Assembly (NCBI GenBank): GCA_946965045.2
Contig: OX337232.1
Location: 2,170,001-2,234,000 of the forward strand
DNA: 64,000 nt
Origin: Epithemia pelagica
Lineage: Eukaryota; Protista; Bacillariophyta
Direction: 5' to 3'
Under the pieces are notes generated by a model that worked only from the letters and a program-made list of their open reading frames with translations, was not told where the DNA came from and did not search any database. Of this stretch, positions 45,100 through 55,171 are shown in pieces (within the stretch, counting starts at the first letter, position 1; each line of letters begins with the position of its first letter). Both the position numbers and the translations under genes were made by a program.

Positions 45100-47700
45100 A
45101 TGAACTCGGTGGTGGAAGAAGCTCTTCGTCAAGGACGCTGGGGCGAAATTGTTACCATTGAAGTAGGTGACCAAACTGGAAACGACATCACACAACCAGA
45201 CAGTGCGACCACAACAGACGAAGCGAAACCTCCTCACAGTTTGACAATCTCCTTGACTCCATGTTTGGACAATCGACATGGAGGATTTCAGTGGAATCCA
45301 ATCACACCACAAAGTGAGGAGTTGTCTCACTTTTTGCGCGCGAAGCAATGGATGTTCCCCATGCTCAATGATCACACACGCAACCGCGTCTACCAAGAAG
45401 CGATTCAACGAGCAATCTCACGGATTGTTAATGAAACTCATGAAGCAAAAGAGGACAAGCAAGGTCAACCAAACCAAACCATGACCATTTTGGATATTGG
45501 TTGTGGAACGGGCCTTTGGGGAATGGTTGCAGCACGACATCTTCAAGCTCTGGAGAGCCGAAGCAATAACATTACGAATAAGGAACTTTTTAGAAGCTTC
45601 CAGGTCGAATCCATTGACATGTCACGGTTCATGGTCCAGATGGCTCAGCAAGTGGTTGAAGACAATCATTTGTCACATTGTATATCTGTCCGAGAAACGC
45701 ATTCCATGCAGATGATGCCACACCATCATGTTCAAGAACAACAAAAAGAGGATAAAAACATAAAACACGACAACAGATCTGTGGTGTTGTGTATCTCCGA
45801 GCTCTTGGAGCATGGATTACTGGGTGAAGGATGGCTGCCCACGATGCGCAATTTGTTCCAACGCAAGATTGTTCCAAGCCAAGCCCTCATCATTCCTTCT
45901 CATGCCACCGTATCTGCTCTTGCTGTTCAGACGATTAGGAAGAGCGTCGCATCGGAATCAACGACAGATTTGGATGGTTGTGCTGGATGGTGCCACGACT
46001 ACGCCGGGCCACACAATTACCAGCCGGGGCAGCAATCTCATCCGTGCTCATTACAATGGCCGCAAGAGATGTCGCCCTCAGCGTCGGTAGTGCTCCCCGT
46101 TCATGCAAAGACCTTGGTGGAACAAGGTCGTATGAAATGGTTGTCCGAATCGATCCCTATCCTCACCATTTCTGCCAGAGAGACGACCATACCGAATACC
46201 GTCAATGCAAAACGAGCGTGTTGTCGTCTAACCATTTCGGAGACGGGTTCCATGGACGCAATCTTGGTTTGGTGGAAGCTCCATCTTTTGGGAGATGACA
46301 ACGACGAAAAAGTAACTTATGATTCCCTGGATCCAGGACGGTGCGACGATTCATGTTCGTCGTGGCAAGACCATTGGCAACCCTGTCTTCACTCGTTAAA
46401 AGAATCTGTGTCGGTGACTCAAGGTGACGTCTGTCAGGTGGAAGCATGGCACGACGACAATCGAATTCATGTTGCCCTAGGGTCGGTTGAAACTCCAACC
46501 AATGCCGATGAGAAAAAGGGAAGTGCACAGCCTCCTCCATCCAAACGTGCTCGATCTGAGCCGTCCAGTGACAAGGAAATGTCGGTAATCTCCCCCCTAC
46601 GATCACGTCAACTCAACAATACGGAACGTTTGGATCGACTTGGCATGGCTCTCGACCATATTCTTGATCCCCAAAATGAACTACAGAGATCACTAAAGCA
46701 ACCCGAAGATAGCGGTATTGTGATCTTGGATGTCTCTGACTTTTGTTTGGCTGGGATCTTCGCTTCACAAGTTTGTTCCAAGTATGAGCGACCGTGTTTT
46801 GTGTACTCCATGGAAAGCAGCAGTGGCAGTCCAATAGACTCGAGTGGTGGTTGTTCATTGTCACTTCCTGTTCTCTCTGCGCAAATGGCACAGGCCAATG
46901 TTTGTGGCGGACAAAGCAAGGTCGAATTTCAAGTCCTCCAATGTCACCCCGAATCATTATCTCGCGATGTTGTGTTTCCAGAAAAGAGCTCCAAAGACCA
47001 AATGATCGACTTGGTTGTAGCGGAGCCCTACTATGAGATGACAGAAACTTGGCCATTGCTATCGGCCATGAATTTTTACAACATTGTTCGTCACTTGAAT
47101 GAAAAGAATCTGATATCACTGGACTCGAGAACATGCATTGTCCCTGCCATCGCATCTCTTTGTGTCTGCGCCATATCGAGTCCACAAATATTTTCAGCCT
47201 ATCAGTCGTGCGGCAGATTCAAGGACGACGAAATGGTTCTCGGCCTGGACCATTCCTACGTGATCAGACAACGACATCCACCAGGAACGAAAGGGGGAAA
47301 CGTCGTTCTTAGTCTACCCATGTGGCAATACCAATACACAACCTTGGGACTATCCCAAACAGTGACAACATTGCGCTACGACCTAGTAGGCCAAGTTGAG
47401 CCCACGTTACAAGGCAGTTTCAATGTTTCAATCAATACCTCTGGATTGTGTCATGGGATTCTGATTTGGGTTGAGTATGATCTCCTTCAAACTTCGGAGA
47501 GACAGTCATCGAAAATATCTACGCTCGACGAATCTGAGCATCAGCTTGTCGTTCTCCTGGACAATCCAATCAACGTCCATGAAAAAGGGACGGAGCTAGT
47601 GTGTACGTTTCAACTCGATGGATGCAATAGTGGTCTATCAACAGCGAACAACGGCGAATCATCTTCGTGTCCTTTTCAATTTGATATCGCCAACATGTAA
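45100..47700 (+). CDS. PRMT7: Protein arginine methyltransferase, PRMT7-like (duplicated MTase fold); frame open from 44890
   Basis: MFPMLNDHTRNRVY, LDIGCGTGLWG, ISELLEHGLLGEG, DHWQPC; second degenerate module LDVSD...VVAEPYY. Confidence 0.82.
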   Translation: MNSVVEEALRQGRWGEIVTIEVGDQTGNDITQPDSATTTDEAKPPHSLTISLTPCLDNRHGGFQWNPITPQSEELSHFLRAKQWMFPMLNDHTRNRVYQEAIQRAISRIVNETHEAKEDKQGQPNQTMTILDIGCGTGLWGMVAARHLQALESRSNNITNKELFRSFQVESIDMSRFMVQMAQQVVEDNHLSHCISVRETHSMQMMPHHHVQEQQKEDKNIKHDNRSVVLCISELLEHGLLGEGWLPTMRNLFQRKIVPSQALIIPSHATVSALAVQTIRKSVASESTTDLDGCAGWCHDYAGPHNYQPGQQSHPCSLQWPQEMSPSASVVLPVHAKTLVEQGRMKWLSESIPILTISARETTIPNTVNAKRACCRLTISETGSMDAILVWWKLHLLGDDNDEKVTYDSLDPGRCDDSCSSWQDHWQPCLHSLKESVSVTQGDVCQVEAWHDDNRIHVALGSVETPTNADEKKGSAQPPPSKRARSEPSSDKEMSVISPLRSRQLNNTERLDRLGMALDHILDPQNELQRSLKQPEDSGIVILDVSDFCLAGIFASQVCSKYERPCFVYSMESSSGSPIDSSGGCSLSLPVLSAQMAQANVCGGQSKVEFQVLQCHPESLSRDVVFPEKSSKDQMIDLVVAEPYYEMTETWPLLSAMNFYNIVRHLNEKNLISLDSRTCIVPAIASLCVCAISSPQIFSAYQSCGRFKDDEMVLGLDHSYVIRQRHPPGTKGGNVVLSLPMWQYQYTTLGLSQTVTTLRYDLVGQVEPTLQGSFNVSINTSGLCHGILIWVEYDLLQTSERQSSKISTLDESEHQLVVLLDNPINVHEKGTELVCTFQLDGCNSGLSTANNGESSSCPFQFDIANM

Positions 47701-48595
47701 ACCCCTCCCTTGAGCCCACCCAAGGATTGACATTTTCTGGAGATTTTGCAAAATTGATGGGTCCAGACCCAGACAACCGTGAGCAGCTTCTGGACAATCC
47801 AAATCTTGTGAGTTGCGCTTAATTCCTCAGACTAGCCGGTGAAACCCTTGAAACCACCACATGAAAATTCTGGCGCGAGAATAGTGTTGTTGCTCATGGC
47901 GTGGAACATTTGCGCAACAGGATCCAAGAACTACGCTCTATCGCTCGAGAGCCCGACCGTACGCTTTCTCACTTCATGTATCCCAATCTTGATTCTTGTC
48001 GTTGATTCTTACATGCTTGCCTGGGATTATCTTTTCATGTCTCCTACATTTTTGTTTGTTTGTCGTACAAGTGTGCCCACCACTGCCGACCTTGCTAGGT
48101 TCCTCACGAAAAAGAAACCTTTGCCTGTATATCCCCTTACCATCTATTACAAATGCCATGTGGTGGCGAACAAATCAAGCTCAATTTTATGTCCTTCACG
48201 ATGGAGAGATGGTGGATTTGGTGGTCACCGAGTCCTCCAACAGAAAGACAAAACCTTGGTCAATGCTGTAGACCCCATGAATCGCAGCACGATTTTGAAT
48301 TAGAAGAACTCGATTTTCCACTGTCCCTGTGGCTGCAACTCTTTTTGTCTGTGCCATGACCCGTTCAAAGATATTCGTAGCATCTCGAGGTAAATACAAG
48401 AGAAACAAAATGACCCTCGACTTGGTTCGTGAACCCCAAAGCCCACGTGACAAGAACGAAATAAACTGGTCATGTGGTGTGGCACCAAAGAGAGCCTTTC
48501 AACAACAGAGATAATTGAGATATCAAAAGGCCATACTTGTTCTTGAGATCCGTATACCTACTACCTACCCAAGAATCATTTACAACTTTGGAGTT

Positions 48596-51311
48596 TCAAG
48601 TAGATGGAAAGTGATCCAATCCTTCGAGAAACGAAGCAAGAAACTTCTCCATCTTTTTCCAGCTAAAGGGTTTTGCAATGAACCCTGACGCTCCTATGTC
48701 TTTGACCTCTTGTTCATAACTCCCCATCGCATTCGCCGTAACGAAAACAATCTTTGGCCGTGGATTTGCCCCATGGTCCCGTTGCAATATTTGTTGAGTG
48801 GCCTCCATGCCATCCATCACTGGCATCTGCATATCCATCAAAACCAAGTCATAATCTACTTGTGCAGTAGCATCGACTGCCTCTTGTCCATTATGCACAA
48901 TATCAACATTCTTGATTCCAGCTCTATTCAGCAACCCTTTGAGGACCTTTTGATTAATTTTGTTATCCTCAGCGATCAATACTTTCAACTGAGAACATTT
49001 TTCGACTTGAGGGAGTGCTTCGGCAATGGTGCTTTGAGCTGCAGCTATGCCCGAGCTTTGGCTTATCACAGAGCTGATGAACGAAGCTGGCAACAAATGT
49101 ACGAGGGACCGGTAGTGTCCTCTCGATAATGTATCTTTGACACAATATGAGGGACCAAAAGTGGATATTGTCGTTCCTGGAGCAGCACTGGCGAATACAG
49201 CGAGGTCATTTGCATCATATAATTCTTCATGGATCAAGCACAGATACTTCCGATTGGGGTCAATCCCACCCTTGACTTCGCTCAGAATCTTCAGCTCATT
49301 ACAACCGTTGAGCTCCGTCGCGTTCAGCCGGTATGTTTCAACAACACTGGGCGACAGTCCCAAGTTTTTGTCTCTGTTGACAACCATGATTCGGGTATCT
49401 TTCATCGAATCTGACAGAGCATTGATATCGGCTCTATCCCGCGATAAGGGAATGTCAACACTGAATGTTGACCATTCGCCGAGCGTGCTTTCGAGCGATA
49501 TTGTGCCTCCAAGCGCTTCAACGAGCTTCGACGTGATGGCCAATCCAAGGCCTGTCCCGCCGTAGAGCTTTTCTGTTTCTCCGCTTGCCTGTATGAAGGG
49601 TTTGAAGATCTTACTGAATTCCGCTGAGTCGATCCCTTTACCGTAATCTTTCACCGTGAACCGTAATCTTTCACCGTGAACCGCAAGAATCTGGCTGTTT
49701 TGCCATTTTCATGGTCTCTTTGGAGAACGCCGCCTTCATTGCAGGTTGTCGTTTCGTTTCGGCCAGCTTTGGGCTTTTGGAAAGGACATCTTGTGGAAGT
49801 CTCGGAGTGATCCAGTGTATCATCTTGAATTGTGCTCTCATGTGTTGGCATGTGATCTGTTGGTGTCATGATGAGACCTTCATTCTTCTGGACTATCCGT
49901 TCAACAACCTTCAAGGAGAACTCCACAATACCATTGCTTTTGCTGAACTTGATGGCGTTGCCGAGAAGATTATAAAGAATCTGCTGCAGTCTCCTTCCGT
50001 CTGTATCCACAACCGTTGGCACGAGTGGGTCGTAGTATGTGCAGAGCTTCAAATTCAACTCACTGGCTTTGACCTCAATGGAGCATACGACAGGGTCAAG
50101 TGTACGTTGGAGATCTGTCGGTTGAACATCAACGTCCACGTTTCCGCTTATCAATTTGGAATAGTCGAGAACATCATTCACAATTGCCGATAAGAGTTCT
50201 CCGCTGCTTACGATCATGCGCATCGAATCGTTTTGTTGCGGAGTAAGGTCTGAATCAAGCAGGAGACTAGACAGACCAACCACACAATTCAATGGAGTGC
50301 GAATTTCGTGGCTCATGCAAGCAAAATTCTTGAGTTGGGCTGCCGAGGCCTCAGCCATTTGCCGGTTGGCATTTTCGAGGCGTTCATTTGCCATTTCTAA
50401 CTCAGAGGTGCGCTCCTTCACCTTTTCCTCGAGTGTATCAATGAGCCGCACATTCTCTTCAATAGCTCCATATGCCTGAATCAAGTTGCTACAGGTTACT
50501 GTGAAGGGTTCCAAGAACTTGACGTGATCTTGAGTATATCCACCAGGCTTGTTGGCAATACCAACCATTCCATTCATCTTTTTGCCCCCTGGCTCGAAAA
50601 ATGGTATACCAAGGAAGTGATTGAGTGGCGGGTGTCCCTCAGGAATACCACAAGCCCGAGGATCACTGGAGGGCGAGTTTGCGATAACGGGCTCAGCGTG
50701 AACCATGACATGACCGAACAAAGATTCCGGGTTGTAAAATCTAAGTCCTGTATCTTCGTTTTGACGGTACAACTCTCTTGTTGCCTCGTTCCAGGCAATA
50801 TTTGTGATAGCATGAGCTTGCAGGTACATGGTTCCATCTTCATCGTGCTTTATTTGGCCGATGAAACCATACTCAGAATCCATCAGATCTAATAGGCCTG
50901 TGAGCAGGCATTTGAAGACAGCTCTTGGCTGTTTTACAGGTGAGATGGTAACTCTTAGACTGACAAAAAACAGCACAGACACAAAATAAAAAGTCGTACC
51001 TCTTTTTTCTGCAAGAATTGTCTTTGTACTTCCGATATTTGATCCAGAAGTAGGAGTCGTTGTTTTGCCTTTTCCAGTTCCGTTTTGTGGCCTTTAGGGT
51101 GGAGAATCATCGATTGGAGAATTGCTTCTCTTTGTGTCTCCCAAAGAATTTACTTGATTTCCTCTTCATCCTGGAGCGAGACATGTTGTGGAAGAGTAAC
51201 TTCGATCTCAGGGACGCTGATCACTAACCGATCAAGCTGGTGTTCTTCGGAATAGCCAGGGTTTTGTGGATGTAGTATTTCTTCTACTATTTCTCTTGTC
51301 GTTGCCTCCAT
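48596..51311 (-). pseudogene. Disrupted hybrid histidine kinase (GAF-HisKA-HATPase-receiver); intron 50929-50999
   Basis: GAF (SEYGFIG...GHPPLNHFLGIP), H-box MSHEIRTPLN, N-box ILYNLLGNAIKF, G boxes DYGKGI and GGTGLGL, REC (IAEDN, LMDMQMPVMDG, KPF). A 20-bp duplication at 49641-49680 shifts the frame; in-frame TAA at 51150-52. Confidence 0.88.
49641..49680. repeat. Perfect 20-bp tandem duplication causing the histidine kinase frameshift
   Basis: ccgtaatctttcaccgtgaa x2. Removing one copy restores FLRFTVKDYGKGIDS. Confidence 0.97.
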
Positions 51312-51460
51312 GGTCGATTGTTGCAAGAGAGACATCGAACAGGTTGATGGTGTGTGACGCAACTGGCATTCGAGGCTCGAGGCTCGAGCTCGTATTACTC
51401 GTACTCGCACTCGTAACTCGTTATTTTTTATTTTTGTAGTTGACTTTAGCACAGACATAA

Positions 51461-51951
51461 GGCCGTTCCTTGATCTTCTGCAAAAACAAAAGTTGGAGGG
51501 TGACACGTCACAAAAAACCCGGAAATATGGCGTCAAATCCGGGTTCGACGCTGTTTCAGCTTTTGAGGCTGCAAAAGTTGGGTCCAACTTTTGCAGGCCG
51601 GCAAAAGCTGAGCAGACATTAGGGATAGTGCTTTCTTCTTGCTAGTGTACATTGGGCCCTACAGAAACAAAAATGACGGTTTAGGATTTGAACGGCGCGC
51701 GTTCGACTCCAACGGTCCCCCTAACCTCAATGAAGAGGAAGACGGAACGTCCTCCTAATGTCTTACTTTGATAATTGTAGTATTCAAATCATCAAAGTGA
51801 ATATGGGGACTATTGGGGGCCTTGGGGGAAAAAGTGCGGTTATAGGTTTTGGTTTTGTAAATGCCAAAGGACGGCGTGTCGCGCAATTGTCTACAAAAAG
51901 GTGAGATGTCATGTGTCGATTTTTGTTTTTGCAGAATATCAAGGAACGGCC
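51461..51951. mobile_element. PIF/Harbinger-type MITE (~491 bp)
   Basis: TIRs ggccgttccttgat[c/a]ttctgcaaaaacaaaa (one mismatch), TAA direct repeat on both flanks (51458-60, 51952-54), no coding capacity. Confidence 0.88.
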
Positions 51952-52372
51952 TAACTGCATTCTTCTTTGTTGCACTACACTACCACGTCATTTCCATCTT
52001 CTGTTTTCTGTTCTCCATTCTCTATTCTCCAACAACTTGTCTCTTCTGGTACGACAAAGTTAACTCGGGACCGAAAGGAGACTCACGAATGCTTCCTCTC
52101 CCCCCAGCCTTGAAGTTGACGGACTCAATTGTTATCGCCTGCCCGATCAAGACTACGACCAAAGAAAAGGAGATAGCCGTTGGAAACGCGGGGCGTCCCT
52201 CCCGGATCCTACCTTTTGGTATCATCGATCGCAATCGCATTTGGTATAAGATCCACCATACCAAAAACCAAAGTGTTGATGGCAACATGACAATCCCAAT
52301 CCCACTCACTTTGGCAGGCATAACAAAAACATCCGATCAACCAGAACCACCGTCACCAGCGGCCTTCTCCTA

Positions 52373-52735
52373 CGACGCGCACCAACTGGCAACCACGCAC
52401 TTCAAGATCAACGTCAGAGAATCCCCAAAAACCCCAGAACCAACCAAGAGCTCACTCTTCCAATTCACTACGTTCGGACGGCAAAGGCTTGATCACCTTT
52501 GGCGCCGTTCAGAGAATTTTAAGAGGATTTTTGCCACTCCCACAGTTCCCACAATTTTCTTTTTTTTCTCCTCGACGCGCACCAACTGGCAACCACGCAC
52601 TTCAAGATCAACGTCAGAGAATCCCCAAAAACCCCAGAACCAACCAAGAGCTCACTCTTCCAATTCACTACGTTCGGACGGCAAAGGCTTGATCACCTTT
52701 GGCGCCGTTCAGAGAATTTTAAGAGGATTTTTGCC
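52373..52735. repeat. 163-bp direct repeats at 200-bp period in the 5' leader of the retroelement
   Basis: cgacgcgcaccaactggc...ggatttttgcc at 52373-52535 and 52573-52735. Confidence 0.95.
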
Positions 52736-52958
52736 TTCTTGTTCTTGCTTGTGCTCGCTTCGCTCCCATCATGTCTTCGACCTCTCCTTCTCGCTCCCCT
52801 CCGCCTGATGACGATGCTCTTTTGTCGTCGTTGGTCGCGTCGGCTTCGATTGCAACGCCTGGCGTTGCGGCCCCTCGCGTTTCCTCGGGTGCTCCAGGGG
52901 GGACCGTGGTCAAATCACGTTTGCTCCTGATCCAAGTGCTTCGGAGTTTGGTTCCAAA

Positions 52959-55171
52959 GTGGATTCGGCCTCGCGTGATACGTCGGATGTGTCGAGTAAG
53001 TTTGGTATCGTTGTTCTGCCCGTTCAAGACAAGAAGCTTCTTTGCCTCGGCATCAAGAGGGGGGGAAACACCTTTTGCATCGACCCCAAGTGCTCTAAAG
53101 CCGGGGACCATGGCATGGGTGTCCCCCCTCATGACCTTGGCGTTGCGGGAGGCGTGTATATCATGAAGAATACTGCCTCAGCCTTTTGTTCACCCGTGGT
53201 TCCGATGGACATGGTCAGTCCTGAGGTAGTGAACAAACTGAAGGAGGAAAAGCACTCCTTGAGTGATTGGATCAAGAAGTTCTTGGTCCTGCGTCGACTT
53301 GATCACATCAAGTCTGAAGGCGTTTCCTCCCCTTCTTTTGAAGATGAGGAGTCAAGGGTTGTGAAAGCAACCGTTCTTGATACTCCTATGACTACCACCA
53401 AGTCCATGCGAAAAACTTCCGTCACCTTTGCGGTTGACAACTTCTCGCCGCATCGGAAGATCCTCGCGGGCGATATCACCGAGGTTGTCCGTAGAGTCCA
53501 ACAAGACCCCTCCATCATCCCCACGGTGGTCCGTGAGGTAGAAGATTCAGTGATGGAGGCTGGCGAATTGATCCAGGCTCTATCAAAGGATCAATCCCAA
53601 GCCAAGAAGGAAACAGTGAATTCCGTGGAGTCACTGGGCCTTCAACTTGAGAAATTGCAAATGGAGATTGGGCCGAGGGAGGAATTGCAGGAAGAATTCC
53701 AAGCCCCTACCCTGTGGGGTATCATCCAGGCCATCACCGGCTCCCTCTCCCAGTCCAAACCTTCTGTCCAGCTAGAGGCTACCGAGGAGGATAAAATTCT
53801 TCAAATTGAAGCAGACCTTTCGAAGACGGGGACCTTTGTGCAATCCCTGCAAATGGATACTTTGGCTCGCCTCCAGACGCTCCAAGCAGAATCAAAAGGA
53901 TGGGTTGACAGTCTCCGAACCAGTTTGGTCAAAGGATTACAAGGCCTGATTTCTCGTGTGGGAAATGTGGAACAACAGGTGGTGGCTATTTCCCAGCAGC
54001 AAGCTGCCTCTAGTTCCATGGGCTCCGGTGCATTTGGATTGAACAGTGCTCATCTGTCATCAAGCAATTCGAGTAACAGTAACTTGGCTACAAAGACGGC
54101 GGCAATGGAAACGGAATTACGTGCTCTACAGGCCCTGGTTCAACAAGGTCAGCTCGAATTGCAAAGGATGAAATCCAAGGTCGATTCTAGCGCCATTAAA
54201 TTTGGGAACTTGGGTTTGTCATCCATTGATGACTGCAAGGCCTGGGTGGCAATGAAGTTTGGCTCTCGTTCCTATGGATTACTCTTCGATATCTGTCTCG
54301 TTTTGGAATGGTGTGCTTCGCAAGAAAACGGGGATGTCCTCAGCATGCTAACTACAATGGAGAAAAGGCACAAGATGCAGATCTCCACCACCAACGATGC
54401 GAGAGCACTCTACGCCATGAAGCTGGAGTTCCCACAAATCTTGTACAAAGATTTGCCTGGGACCGGGAAAGATCCATCCTTTTTAACCGCAATGAAGGAC
54501 CATGACGATTGGGAATCGCCAGAAACCGGCGTCCGTGACCGAATTATCCACAAATTGGGTAGCATGCATTCGATGTTCGGGGAACAAATCTCCGTCACCA
54601 TGGAGCAGGAGCCCGAGGCTCGCTCACTAGCGATGTCAATGCTGTCAATGTCCATTGGTTGTTGTCGTGAGCTCATCAATTACTTCGACAAAACCATGAA
54701 TGAGTTAACGACCAAATCGAAGTTCACCAAGAAAAAGGCCTTTAGTTTAGTGACTCAAGTGGTTCGTCGGTTCTTCCTTGACTTGTACAAGGTTTGCGCC
54801 CAGGTCTACTCATCGCTCTCTACAGCGGACAGTGCCGGGCAGTGTGCATGGATGTTGTATGGGGTTCTCCGAACCCATGACATCATGACGGAGTATTCTC
54901 AGGCAAGGTTCAAAAACCACCCCTCGGTGTCTAGTGAATATATCCGATCTTATCCACTAATTCGGGATTTGAATCGCTCAAGACGCTGGAAGACAAGGTT
55001 GATCATCACAAGCAAACGCTTGGTCAAATCACCAAGGATTGTCAAGCAGCGAAGAAGGCGGCGGACACCGCGAATAGCACCGTCGATACGCTCAAGAAGG
55101 AATTACAAGAACTCAAACGCAACAACAAGAAGCGTCAGGGCAACTCTGGTGGTGCTGGTGACGCCTCTTGA
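52959..55171 (+). CDS. Gag-like ORF1 of the YR retrotransposon, with a 1-nt deletion near 54948
   Basis: N-terminal CLG...FC....C....H motif and coiled coils. At SEYIR the sequence CGA TC TTA continues in the -1 frame as LSTNSGFESLKTLEDKV...LKKELQELK...GDAS* (TGA 55169-71). Confidence 0.75.

Noticed and set aside
47700-48590. Short ORFs and a small echo of ctggacaatccaa after PRMT7
   Set aside because: Fragments in several frames with no identifiable domain; likely UTR or intergenic.
49641-49680. Programmed ribosomal frameshift in the kinase
   Set aside because: No slippery heptamer; the shift is fully explained by an exact 20-bp duplication.
54940-54960. Programmed -1 frameshift in gag
   Set aside because: No X XXY YYZ site; a single-base deletion restores the RFLSTNSG reading, so mutation is more parsimonious.
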